Source: Octopus vulgaris (lineage: Eukaryota). From it: DNA of 64,000 bases. The translations under genes were made by a program, and so were the position numbers. A model generated the notes under the pieces. The model saw only the letters and a list, made by a program, of their open reading frames with translations. It made no database searches and had not been told where the DNA came from. Where the stretch lies: contig OX597830.1 in assembly GCA_951406725.2 (NCBI GenBank), positions 25,606,001-25,670,000 on the forward strand. Reading direction: 5' to 3'. Shown here piece after piece: positions 51,229-64,000 of the stretch; position 1 is the first letter of the stretch, and every line of letters begins with the position of its first letter.

Positions 51229-51388
51229 GCTCGAAATGAGGAGTAGATAGACAGCCGACTACTGATGAAGAGTCGTTCTTTATGTTAATTTTCCTATTTC
51301 CATTTGTTTCTCTCGTTGTTTGCGCATTGAAATCGTTTGTTTTCGTATTTCATATTGTTTACTGTTAGTGACGTCCTGTACCCATATA

Positions 51389-51456
<68 letters not shown>

Positions 51457-51631
51457 TAACATGTCCCTGTTACCAAAGACTGTATATATATATATGTAAT
51501 GTAGCAATTTGCAACAACCAATAATTAACGCAACCAAACTTCCACATGTTACTTTTGACAATCTTTTTCCAAATAGTGAAACCGGTAAAGTAAATAAACA
51601 TCTTTTAAATTGCATTTTCAAACCTTCTTTC

Positions 51632-51713
<82 letters not shown>

Positions 51714-52446
51714 GACGGATATAATCCCCAGGCAGATATCGAATTTCTCTATGCAAAATACCAAGGCTCGTTCGTTCCCTCAGATGGTGCGTTTTATGGT
51801 AAATTTCCTTTGACTCCCATCCGATGTTATAGTTTTTATCTTGGCTATTTAGCGTGTAAATTATTGATAATAAGGAGAATAAAGAATTTGGACATTCAAA
51901 CTTTGTTTATTTACAGTTGGTTTCTTCATAATAATTGTCCGACACGTGTTTCGATCGCATATTGTTGCATATTTATGAGCAGCGATTTATGCATTATTAG
52001 TATGATCTCTCTAGGGTGTATAAATATGATATTGTTCGAAGAGGAATTTTACTTCGTTATTAGTTTGAATTAAGCTTGGTAGTAGTAGTAGTAGTAAACT
52101 ATGGCGTTTATCGATGAACTGTTTTCAACAACCCAAGCTGTTTTCTACAACTTCTACCAAGCTAATAATGCATAAATCGCTGCATATAAATATGCAACAA
52201 TATGCACAGCTTGGCAACCGGCCTTGGTGTGCTTACGTCTCTGTAAGTTAGTCGATCGACAAGAGAGATCAGTATAATAAGTACTAGAGTAAAATAAGAT
52301 TAAAAAAAAAGCATGGCTGTAACAAATAAAAGATAAAGGATCTCACATTGTTTCGGTCATTTGACTGCGGCTATTCTAGGGACCAACTTAAAACTGAACA
52401 TTGTGTAAATATGCGTGTGCGTGTGTGCGTGTGTACGTGCGCGCGT

Positions 52447-52507
<61 letters not shown>

Positions 52508-52525
52508 CATATATATATATACATA

Positions 52526-52871
52526 TGGTGGTGACCCCCTTCGGTCAGACACTGACCATGGGTCTGCACCTAGAGAGCCACCCTCCGAGGTACAATTCTG
52601 GGAAAGGTTGTTTTTTTTTTATGGAAGACCAGCAGTCGCCCATGCATACCGGCCTCCCCTCTCCACGTCACCGATGTTGTCCAAGGGAAAGGCAAGGGCC
52701 GATACAGCTTGGCACCTGTGACGTTGCAACTCACTTCCACAGCTGAGTGAACTGGAGCAACGTGAAATAAAGTGTCTTGCTCAAGAACACAACACGCAGC
52801 CCGGTCCGGGATTCGAGCTCACAACCTCACGATCGTAAGCTCGACGCTCTAACCACTGAGCCACGCGCCTT
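52526..52871 (-). mobile_element. Full-length SINE: head 2-like, CORE-like segment and RTE-type 3' tail
   Basis: Minus strand ggcgcgtggctcagtggttagagcg...gtgttcttgagcaagacactttatttcacgttgctccag...ccatggtcagtgtctgaccgaagggggtcaccacc. Confidence 0.85.
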
Positions 52872-52901
52872 TATATACATATATACATATGGGGTCTTTA
52901 T

Positions 52902-52965
<64 letters not shown>

Positions 52966-52998
52966 GTACACATGTATATATATATACATATGTACACA

Positions 52999-53029
<31 letters not shown>

Positions 53030-53048
53030 GTGCATATGTATGTATGTA

Positions 53049-53141
<93 letters not shown>

Positions 53142-53150
53142 GACTTTGTA

Positions 53151-53312
53151 GGCGCGGGTGTGGCTTTGCGGTAAGATGCTTGCTTCCCAACCGCATGGTT
53201 CACGATTCAGTCCCACTGCGTGGCACCTTGGGTAGGTGTTTTCTACAACGATGAGTGGATTTGGTAGGCGGAAACTGAAAGAATCTCATCGTATATATAT
53301 ATACATATATAC

Positions 53313-53367
<55 letters not shown>

Positions 53368-53938
53368 CATGTATTAATGTATGCGTTTGTGTCTGTGTTT
53401 GTCGCCCCATCACTGCTTGACAACCGGTGCTGGTGTGTTTACGTCCCCGTAAGTTAGCAGTTCAGCAAAAGGAATTGATAGAATAAGTACTAGGCTTCAA
53501 AAAAAATCTTGGGATCGATTTTTGTGACCAAAATCCTTCAAGGAGGTGCCCCAGCATGGCTGTAGTCAAACGACTTAAATAAATAAAAGAATAAACGAAT
53601 ACATACATAATACATACATACATACACATACATACATACATACATACATACATACATACATACATACATACATACACACATACACACATTCACATACACA
53701 CATACACACACACACACACACACACATATATAACCGACGCTGGTGTATTTACGTCCCCGTAACTTTGTGGTTCGGCAAAAGAGACCGATAGAATAAGTAT
53801 TAGGCTTACAAAGAATAAGTCCTGGGGGCGATTTGCTCGACTAAAGGCGGTGCTCCAGCAAGGCCACAGTCAAATGACTGAAACAAATAAAAGAGTGAAA
53901 GAGTAAAGAGTATATACATACATACATACATACATACA

Positions 53939-53974
<36 letters not shown>

Positions 53975-54290
53975 TACATACATACATACATACATACATA
54001 CATACATACATACATACATACATACATACATACATACACATACATACATACATACATACATACATACATACACACATACACACACTCACACACACACATA
54101 TATATAACCGACGCTGGTGTGTTTACGTCCCCGTAACCTTGTGGTTCGGCAAAAGAGACCGATAGAATAAGTATTAGGCTTACAAAGAATAAGTCCTGGG
54201 GGCGATTTGCTCGACTAAAGGCGGTGCTCCAGCAAGGCCACAGTCAAATGACTGAAACAAATAAAACAGTAAAATAGTAAAGAGTATATA
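53151..54290 (+). mobile_element. SINE family A copy followed by a tandem duplication (period about 375 bp) of a SINE 3' half plus (TACA)n
   Basis: Head at 53151; near-identical aaccgacgctggtg...gactgaaacaaataaaa blocks near 53732 and 54106. Confidence 0.85.
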
Positions 54291-54316
54291 CATACATACA
54301 TACATACATACATACA

Positions 54317-54352
<36 letters not shown>

Positions 54353-55217
54353 TACAATGGGCTTCTATCAGTTTACTTTAAACAAATTCACTCAGAAGGG
54401 TTTGGTCACTCCGGGTCTATTGTAGAAGACCCTTGTCTGAAGTGCCACGTAATTGGAAAATGCAATGTTGGAGAAATTAAAGTCAGGAATTGGTATTAGT
54501 TTCTTAGAATAGACCACCACTAGCACCACCGCTGATACCATCGTCACCATTTCCACAACGACCACTTAGTATTACTTAAAGTAACTGAATATGATATTGG
54601 GGGAGGGGAGGAGGAAGAAGGGGAACGGGAAGAGTAAGAGGAAAAAACCTGTAGCCAACCAGCCAGCCAGCCAGCCAGCAAGCTAGGCACCCACCCTGTC
54701 AGACAGTCAGGCAAACAGACCGACAGTCTAACAGTGAAATACTAAGGCCGTCAGTCAGGCAGGCAGTCAGGCAGTAATGCAACATTGAATGTTGATGTAG
54801 CTCTGCAGCCGATTCGCTGATTGCTTCTTTGAAGAATCTCAACTCTGGCAGTAGAAGAAGAGGCGAGCGAGAGAGCGAGCGAGAGAGAGAGCGAGCGAGC
54901 GAGAGAGAAATGAGAGAGAGAGAGAGAGAAAGTAAGCGAACGCTACAGTTGTAGTAACGAAAAGATTTTTCGGATATCTATTCCGAAAAAATATATATCA
55001 TAGATATCGCAAGAGTTACTCTCAGAAGATATGTTATGAATATACATAGACGCATATATACATGTACATATTCTTTTTCTACATAGGATGATGTTTGGAA
55101 TAGGCGTATATGCATTGAATCTTTTATCACACTTTCGTCTTCATACCTTTACCTCTAACTAAAATATCATATATATAATATAATATAATATAATATAATA
55201 TAATATAATATAATATA

Positions 55218-55254
<37 letters not shown>

Positions 55255-55670
55255 TTCAATATAATGTAAAAGCATAATATAGGAAATGTCATATATGATG
55301 TTAAATGAAATAGACGGAAAACAAAACCAGAAAAATAATTTGGCAATATACTTGAAAACTTCCCTAGGATTTGGCTCAATAATGGCTGATGGAGATTGAC
55401 TTTTTAACTTTGATGCCAAAACGGCTAACACCACGACGGCAGCAGCAGCAACAACAGCAACAGCATCAACAACAAAACAACAATAATTACTAATATTGCC
55501 TCAATATTAGTAGTAATTTTTTAATAGTGCTGAAGTCATGAAATATCCTCAATTAAGGGGGGATACACATAGAGAAGTAAGTAATTCCTGAACACACACA
55601 CACTCACACACTCTCACACACACACATACATACACGCATATATCTCTCTCATATCTGCCTCTGAGCGTGC

Positions 55671-55709
<39 letters not shown>

Positions 55710-56900
55710 GCACACACGCACATGCACATAAATATATATACAGAGCCATCAGTCAGAAGTTAATGAATGCTTGTATATAAAATACATTGACTTTATTCAC
55801 CTGCATTATAACTGATAGTCTATAGAAAAGGGTTTGTATTGCTTTTCCGGAAGGAGAGAAAGAACTAAACAAGAACAGCAGCAGCAGCAGCAGCAGCATA
55901 TCAGCATCAGCATCAGCAGTAACCGCAACAACAATAACAACAACGATAATAATCTGAAGATGTAAAGCTAAGGAAATAAACAGCGTCGTCTGTAGAGATT
56001 CTATAAGATACTATTATATTGAATCAAATACTATGATGTAAAAATTGTTATGGTGTTTTGTTAAAAGAATATTCTATCTGAAAGGGAAGATGTAAAAACG
56101 AACATTATCATATGAATAAAAACAAAAAAAACAAAAAGATATAGATATATATATATACATGTCATGTATGAAAGAAAAGAATATATGAACTTTAAATATG
56201 AAAAACGAGAATATCACAGATATATACAATAAATCTATATTTCCAGGATTACAGAGAGGAAGCAGGAGAAGAAAAATATCAATGAAATTAATATTTTTTT
56301 CAACCTTAAAACAACAAAGATAATTTGTAAATGAAGTATCGGTAGCCTGAAGATATTTGAAGGATTTACAGAACAAGAAATTATAAATTAGAAGAAAAAA
56401 GCTGAACAAAAACATAGAAAATAAAATAAAGAAAGAAAAAGCAAGTATTTATTATAAATTATCAAAAAAGGGGAAAACTAACAATCAAAAGTTTTCAATG
56501 AAAGAAAACTCGCTAAAATAAAAGTGGAATAGAATTTTCTCGATAATATTATAGAAAGGAACTTCTATCGTCCGTAATTAGTAATTTGGTTTGAAGTTTC
56601 ATGAAGGGAAGATTGCTGTTTTATGGCTTAATTAATTTACCTGCAGTTAAATTTACCTTTCATTCAATTGTGGAGAATTGATTCAGACATTTCCAAAAGG
56701 ACGGAATTTTAACTTCATCAAGAAAGACTGCCAATTAAATTGGCTTTTGGACTAAAATATACCCCGATCGGATAGACGGGCAGAGAGATAGACAGGAGTT
56801 TGGATGTAAAGGGGTGCTTGTGTTCGCTCCAGCTCTTTCTATCTATCCATTATCCACACATCAATCAATCCACTTTTCACTCTATCTATCTATTTTTCAC

Positions 56901-56996
<96 letters not shown>

Positions 56997-57057
56997 CCTA
57001 TCTACTTATCTATCTATTCGTTCATCCTCACTACCTGTCTATCCAACTATCTAAAAG

Positions 57058-57130
57058 ACCAAAATGCCTCTAAAGAAGAAATTACCCATGGAGAATTCGG
57101 GAAAATTATCAACCACAGCACATATCAATG
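57058..57130 (+). CDS. Candidate short exon of an unknown host gene
   Basis: Non-repetitive segment ending at a consensus donor G|GTAAGT (57131); either a first coding exon from ATG 57064 (MPLKKKLPMENSGKLSTTAHIN) or an internal exon after the AG at 57056-57; no recognisable homology. Confidence 0.25.
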
Positions 57131-57281
57131 GTAAGTTTCTTCAAACTCTTTTCCCACTGTACTTCATTATACCATATCATAATTATTACTATGTTATATC
57201 TTATTTATACTGCACCATACCAATCACAGTACTTTACTATACAATACACTCCTCATTACTGACACTATATACTAATAATGA

Positions 57282-57333
<52 letters not shown>

Positions 57334-57412
57334 TATATATTATATATATCATATATATATATAATATACATATATATATTATATATTATATATATATATG
57401 CATGTATGTATA

Positions 57413-57478
<66 letters not shown>

Positions 57479-58124
57479 ACTAATGCTGTATCTTTTATTG
57501 CCGCTGTGGTCATTGTTGTCATTGGTGGCTGTATTGAAGATCTTATGAGCGGCTGAAAGGAGGGCTTCCTTAGGGGAACAGACCTCGATGATAGTCATGC
57601 CTGCAGTTCCAGTGCAACAGTTATAATGGTGGTGGTGGTGGTGGGGGGGTTCATCTACTCGAGGACTTCGATGCAAACTTTGACATTGTACAGGTTTAGT
57701 AGACATAGTACATTGTGATGAGATGCGATTGTGGCAACCTGACCCACGACACACGGTTCATTCTGTCGTTGTCGTTGATGTTGTTGTTGTCGTTGTTGCT
57801 GCTGTTGTTGTTGTTGCCCTTGTTGTTTACAGGTGAGTTCTGAGTAAATACACCCATTGATCACAGACACGCCAACCATGGCCATTACATCTTCCATTCA
57901 GTCAGTGCATCTAATGTGTGCCGTCCTTCTTTCAGCCTATGACTCTAGTGTGTCGATTTGGCTGTTATTTCTAGTAGATGGAGAGGACGGGGCGCATAAA
58001 GTTACCTTCGATAGGTTCAGCAGAGGTGGGCATGCTGGACTCGGGTCTGTAACTGTTGCTGTGTTTAGACTTGGCATTGGTGTTGCGTGAAATGGTATTG
58101 TTGTTTCTGGTGTTGCGACGGTTG

Positions 58125-58660
58125 TTGTTTGGCTCCACACGAGTTCTAAATGAGAAAACCTGTGATCAGAGACGTTCCAACCGTGACAATCACCTCTTTT
58201 TTCTCCAGGCGCTCGGTCGCATTATCTCACAATATCTTTCTCTTCAGTTTGGTTGGGGCAGGGAAGGGTGCACAATTAGATAAGCGATTTGGTTGCTATT
58301 TTTAGCACATCGACTGACTCCCAAAAGGTTCTCTTTCTGATCGTTTCATGATGTTGATGTTGCTGTTATCGTTGTCGCTGGAATCAGTTGTTATTGTTGT
58401 TGTTTGGATCCACGTCAGTTCTAAATGAGAAAATCCATGATCAGAGGCGTTCCAACCGTGACAATCTCCTCTATTTTCTTCGGGCGGTCGGTCACATTAT
58501 CCCAAAATATCTCCCCCTTTATACTTGTTGAGGAAGGGAATGGTGCTCAATTTGATAAGCGATTTGGTTGCTATTTTTAGCACATCGACTGACTTCCTAG
58601 AGGTTCTCTCTGTGGCCGTTTGTGGATAATATTGATGTTGCCGTTATCGTTGTCTCTGTA
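58125..58660. repeat. Old tandem duplication of about 275 bp
   Basis: gttctaaatgagaaaa...gatcaga..cgttccaaccgtgacaatc...gataagcgatttggttgctatttttagcacatcgactgac occurs near 58143 and 58418. Confidence 0.85.
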
Positions 58661-58834
58661 ATTAATGTTGCTGTTGTTGTTATTGTTGTTGATTCTGCTG
58701 TTATTATTGATATTGTTAATATCGATGCTACTTTTGTTGTTGTTGTTGCTGTTGTTGCATTTTTATTGCTGTTTTTGGTTTAGTATTTAACAGTGATATT
58801 AAAATTGCTTCTTTTTAAAAAAAAATTGCTTTTA

Positions 58835-59532
58835 AGGCGGCGAACTGGCTGAATCGTTAGCATGCCAGCAAAACGCTTAACGACATTACATATACGTCTT
58901 CACGTTCTGGGTTCAAATGCGGCTGGGTTCGACTTTGCCTTTCGTCCTTTCGGAGTCGATAAAAATAAGCATTAGTTAAACACTGGGGTAGATACAATCA
59001 ACTTTCCCCCGGCTCCGAAATTACTGGCCTTGTACCAAAATTCGAAACCATTATTAAAGATCCGTTTAAGGCAGCGAGCTGGCAAAACCGGTGGAACGCC
59101 GGACAAAATGCTTATCAGCATTTCGTCCGTCCTTACGCTCTGAGTTCAAATTCCACTGAAGTCGACTTTGCCTTTCACCCTCTCGGGGTCGATGAATTAA
59201 GTACCGGTGGGCCGATGTAATCGACTAGTCCCTTGTCCCAAAAGAATTCAGGCCTTGTGCCGATAGAAGAAAGGTTTATTAATTTTTTTTCTTTTGTTGT
59301 TACTGTTGTTGACATCAAAGTGGCGAGCTGGCAGAATCGTTAGCACGCTGGACGAAATGCCGCTAAGCATTTCGTCCATCTTTACGTTCTGAGTTCAAAT
59401 TCCGCTGAGGTCGACTTTACCTTTCATCCTTTCGGGATCGATAAAATAAGTACCAATTACGTACTGGGGTCGATATAATCGACTTAATCCCTTCCCCCAA
59501 AATTTGAGGCCTTGTGCTTCCAGTAGAAAGGA

Positions 59533-59627
<95 letters not shown>

Positions 59628-59890
59628 GCTGTTGTTTTTGTTATAGTTGATGATGATAATATTAGAGTTCCTTTCAGGGAAGCAAGCTGGCAGAATCGCT
59701 AGCACGCCGGACGAAGCGCTTAGCGGCATTTCGTTCGTCTTTACGTTCTGAGTTCAAATTCCGCCGAGGTCGACTTTACCTTTCATCCTTTCGGAGTGGG
59801 GTCGATAAAATAAGTACCAGTTTTGTACTGAGATCGATCTAATCGACTTACCCCTTTCATCGAAATTTCAGGCCTTGTGCTTCCAGTAGA
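58835..59890 (+). mobile_element. Four head-to-tail SINE family B copies
   Basis: Heads near 58835, 59068, 59320 and 59680, each with the gacttt(g/a)cctttc core and a ggccttgt tail; (TTA)n at 59535-59627. Confidence 0.88.
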
Positions 59891-60022
59891 AAATATTACT
59901 AGAGTTCCTTTTGTCGTCGTCGTTGTTATTGTTGTTGTTGTAAGTACTATTATCGTTGTAGGTAGCGCTGTTGTTGTTATAATTTCCAATATCATTATTG
60001 TTTCTGTTAGAAGCCCATTGTA

Positions 60023-60058
<36 letters not shown>

Positions 60059-60097
60059 TGTATGTATGTATGTATGTATGTATGTATGTATATACTC

Positions 60098-60486
60098 TTC
60101 ACTCTTTTACTTGTTTCAGTCATTTGACTGCGGCCATGCTGGAGCACCGCCTTTAGTCGAGCAAATCGCCCCCAGGACTTATTCTTTGTAAGCCTAGTAC
60201 TTATTCTATCGGTCTTTTATGCCGAACCGCAAAGTTACGAGGACGTAAACACACCAGCATCAGTTGTCAAGCGATGTTCGATGTTGGTTGTGGTACACAC
60301 ACACACACACATATACATATATACGACGGGCTTCTTTCAGTTTCCGTCTACCAAATCCACTCACAAGGCTTTGGTCGGCCCGAGGCTATAGTAGAAGAAA
60401 CTTGCCCAAAGTGCCACGCAGTGGGACTGAACCCGGAACCATGTAGTTGGTAAGCAAGCTACTTACCACACAGCCACTCCTGCGCT
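60098..60486 (-). mobile_element. Full-length SINE family A
   Basis: Complete reverse complement from the head (gcgcaggagtggctgtgtggtaag) to gactgaaacaagtaaaag. Confidence 0.9.
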
Positions 60487-60642
60487 TATATTGTTAATTA
60501 TGTTATAACTATTGCTACCATAAGCGGCATTGTTGTTGTTTTTGTTGCTCTAACAATATTCGTTATTGCAGTAGTAGTATTAGTTGTTGTTGCCGTTGTG
60601 TTGTTGTTGTTGTTGTTGTTGTTGTTATGGTGGTGGTGGTGG

Positions 60643-61116
60643 TGGTTGTGTTGCTTTATTTGGGTCCCCGTGGTTGTGTTGCTTTATTTGGGTCCCCGTG
60701 GTTGTGTTGCTTTATTTGGGTCCCCGTGGTTGTGTTGCTTTATTTGGGTCCCCGTGGTTGTGTTGCTTTATTTGGGTCCCCGTGGTTGTGTTGCTTTATT
60801 TGGGTTCCTGTGGTTGTGTTGCTTTATTTGGGTCCCCGTGGTTGTGTTGCTTTATTTGGGTTCCTGTGGTTGTGTTGCTTTATTTGGGTCCCCGTGGTTG
60901 TGTTGCTTTATTTGGGTCCCCGTGGTTGTGTTGCTTTATTTGGATTCCTGTGGTTGTGTTGCTTTATTTGGGTCCCCGTGGTTGTGTTGCTTTATTTGGG
61001 TCCCCGTGGTTGTGTTGCTTTATTTGGGTTCCCGTGGTTGTGTTGTTTTATTTGGGTCCCCGTGGTTGTGTTGCTTTATTTGTTTTCCCGTGGTTGTGTT
61101 GCTTTATTTGGGTCCC
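60643..61116. repeat. 28-bp minisatellite, about 17 copies
   Basis: Unit ggttgtgttgctttatttgggtccccgt with few variants. Confidence 0.95.
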
Positions 61117-61419
61117 TAGCAGAGACATTACAACTCTGAACTAAAATAAGTCATTCTGTGCAGTCATCTAAAAAACCATTCTGTTTACACGTCGCGAGTT
61201 CGCCTTCCGCTTTGAATAACACCGGTACATATATTACTGGCACGCATTATGTAATTTTGGATCCTACAAAAGTCCACAAAATACAGACCTGTCATACCAT
61301 TGTTTATTCGATCAACTACGCCTCACTCCCTTAAAAAATAAGGGCCTAACAAAATAAAAGAAATAAATGAAAAATAAAATATAGATAAAAAAAGGGGGAC
61401 GAAAATTGAGAAGTAGAGC

Positions 61420-62480
61420 TTGGTAGTGTGTCAAAATAGACTTTCGGAGTTGGTTATCTCATTGTTCTGGGGTTCAAATACACACTAAGTCGATAATTTG
61501 CTTTTTTATCATCCCCGGAGTTGATTAAGACAGAGAAATCAATAGAAGAAAGAAATCGATTAATCGATTATATTTCCTCTTTCGTCTCATCAAGGTTAGG
61601 TTTGTTATTAGTGACATTTTTATAAGAGCGTACATTAGCAGAATCGGTAGATTGTCATACGAAATGCTTTGTGGCATTTAATTACGTCTCTTAATGTTGC
61701 GTGTTTAAATTTCGCTTAAGTCAACATTTCTTTTCATTATTCTGGGTTCAAATAAAGTAAAAGTCACACTTGAAGGTTGATATAATCAACTATACTGCAC
61801 TCCACTCTTAAATACTGAAATCATTCCGCCGATATCGGTAAATTCACTGAGTTGTTAAATCGTTGGATAGACAGTTACGCGATATTTTTTCCAGATCACT
61901 ACCCTCTGAGTTCAAATTCTTCAGAGGCCAGCTTTGACTTTTACAATTTCGGGACCTGTAATAACGCATCGATCCAGGTTGGCGGATTGGTGAAACCGTA
62001 AGAACATTGGCTTCGTAACCTTGTGGTATTAGGTCCCTCTCTCGGCGCTCTGGGCTCAAATTCCGCTGAGGCCATCTTTACACTTTCTCCTTTTGTGGTC
62101 ATTAAAAAGAACCAGTCCGAGGCGGTGAATTGGTGGAACTGTTACAGAGTCAAGCGAGATGCCTTTTGATATTTGTTTCTACTCTCGATGCTTTGAGTTC
62201 AAATTTCACCGAGGTCAAATTTGTTTTTCATCCTTCCGAGTCCGATAAAACTACATCAGTCCAGGCTAATAGATTGGTGGAAAAGTAAGAACATTGGATT
62301 AGAAGTATTAGAAGTGGTATCTGTTTTCACCCTCAACAAATTCCGCGAGGGTTAACTTTGTCTTTCATATTTTCGAGGTCATGGGCTTTCATCTTTTTGG
62401 CTAATCCATTTTGGAACCAGTGGATTGACAGAACTGTTAAAGGGTCGGGTGAAATACCCTGTGGCATCTGTTATGGCTGT
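61420..62480 (+). mobile_element. Array of old, diverged SINE family B-like 5' modules
   Basis: Recurrent g(t/c)tcaaat...gag.tca.ctt modules near 61470, 61705, 61910, 62055, 62195 and 62340. Confidence 0.6.
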
Positions 62481-62589
62481 TTACATCCCCACAGCAACGT
62501 ATGCAACAACACTAGTGCCAAGCTGGATCAGCCCATGTTGGCACCTTTCCTTCAGAAAAACATCCTTTCAATTTTAAGCAAAGGACCTA

Positions 62590-62766
62590 AAATTTTGCGG
62601 GAGTAGGGTCAGACGAATACTCAACTGGTACTTATTTCATCGATCTCGAAAGGATGAAAGCAAAGTCGACCTCGGTGGCATTTGAACTCAGAGCGTAAAG
62701 ACGGACGAAATACTGCTAAGCATTTTGTCCGGCCGGCGTGGTAACGATTCTGCCAGCTTGCCGACT
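62590..62766 (-). mobile_element. SINE family B
   Basis: ctggtacttatttcatcgatctcgaaaggatgaaagcaaagtcgacctcgg...ctgccagcttgcc. Confidence 0.8.
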
Positions 62767-62894
62767 TTTTTGTTTGCATAAACATCGGTGGCGCAGAGAG
62801 AAGAAACTTTCATCTATGAGTAATTTCCAGTCCTCTTCAAAATATCCGCCCCAGGTCTGCATATATATATACATATACATATGCATACACACAC

Positions 62895-62930
<36 letters not shown>

Positions 62931-63459
62931 ACAGACTCTCTCTCACACACATACACACATATCTATGTGGAGATGAATGGTCACCGTGGTCTAACGAAGG
63001 CCTCCGAATCTGATTATAACAGATTAATGTTATTGTTTAGCCTCAGGTCAGCCGTTCCACCCATCTTCAGGCATAGTGTATCTAAGATTACATTCCCAAA
63101 TATAACCCTCCAGTTTTATTAAGACACAAATATGGTTCAAGAGAGATATATTATCTCTTGTTGAGTCCCATCTCAGATTTGAGTCACGAACCTATGACGA
63201 AAGACGTTCCAGCGTGACCGTCTCGATATTTTTCAGATATTGTCTCAAAGACGTTATAGTTGTTGTTGTTGTTTTATAATCTCGAGTATTCATCGGTGGC
63301 CATCCTGCCTTTTTAAGGAAAAGCAGAATTATATTATCCAATGCCTACTTCCTTATTTATGTTAATGGAGGTGTCTGCAACTTCCTGGAGTAACTCAGAT
63401 CTCGAGGCCGGACTTTAACCTGATTTCGAGAGGTTATGAATCACAGATGCTACACTACT

Positions 63460-63655
63460 ACCCATGGACAGGATGCCAGTCTATTACAGGATTAACTTCC
63501 CTGCTATTGCTAGACCTCATTTACAGCTAAATGGTTTAGAGCAACGTGAAGTGAAGGGTTTTTCTCAAAAAACTTAATGCACCGTCCGAGCCAGGAATCG
63601 AAACCACGACTTTATTGTCGCGAATGTAACATCCTAACCATTAGGCCATGCGTCT
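63460..63655 (-). mobile_element. Decayed tRNA-headed SINE
   Basis: gagcaacgtgaagtgaagggtttttctcaa...ggaatcgaaacc...cctaaccattaggccatgcg is the reverse complement of a tRNA-like head plus CORE-like segment. Confidence 0.65.
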
Positions 63656-64000
63656 AGAATACAATGTAAAAAACTGAAGCCTTCTCCTGACACGCAAAAT
63701 AAAATAAATATGTAAATATTTATGGTGCTTGCCATTATTGAAAATAAAGGTTGCCATGATCCAACGAGGGTACTATTATGTGTCCACACTACATGCTAGA
63801 AATAGCAGTCAAATTCTTTATCTTTAGAAAAAAGGGAAGAACACCATCTAATAATGTAGACTTGGTTAGTTACAGTTACATTGTATAAAATTAGACGAAA
63901 AGGTCATGGCTGGAACATCTTTCATCATAGACCTATTAGATCTGGTTTTACCTGGAGGTAAACAGCAACAACGACATAAGTGGTGACTGAGCAAAGCCCT

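Noticed and set aside
51255-51285. CTGATGA-AGAG-tcgtt-CTTT in a TA-flanked insert
   Set aside because: No GAAA or stem III follows
56000-56650. A-rich, coding-like stretch
   Set aside because: Frequent stops and no motif I can assign
60584-61144. Three overlapping repetitive Cys/hydrophobic ORFs, or a CRISPR-like array
   Set aside because: A 28-bp minisatellite with contiguous units and no unique spacers; no cas genes; eukaryotic context

Overview
Eukaryotic, AT-rich, microsatellite-saturated intergenic or intronic DNA. The repertoire of tRNA-derived SINEs and simple repeats suggests a coleoid cephalopod such as Octopus (inference from recalled repeat families, not from a search). No intact cellular gene, rRNA, genuine tRNA gene or CRISPR array is recognisable, and nearly all ORF-track entries are translations of simple repeats. 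Recognisable content: dozens of SINE copies from at least three modular families; a frameshifted RTE-clade LINE (about 40.36-43.03 kb); a 5'-truncated Tx1/L1-clade LINE sitting inside a (CTAT)n tract; Dong/R4 fragments at a (TAA)n tract; a CR1-group 3' end; decayed Tc1 (DD34E), maT (DD37D) and mariner transposons; MITEs; Helitron-type ends; a hAT-like end; a GIY-YIG (Penelope-like) remnant; and 187-bp and 28-bp tandem arrays. The most interesting signal is non-coding. Two diverged copies of a roughly 300-bp repeat (1.07-1.33 kb and 50.36-50.65 kb) each carry a complete type I hammerhead ribozyme whose helices show compensatory changes. Several ORF-less palindromic inserts in or near (TA)n tracts carry hammerhead-like motifs in their arms, mostly pointing outward, suggesting non-autonomous Penelope-derived or retrozyme-like RNA elements. 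Boundaries of decayed repeats are approximate (tens of bp).
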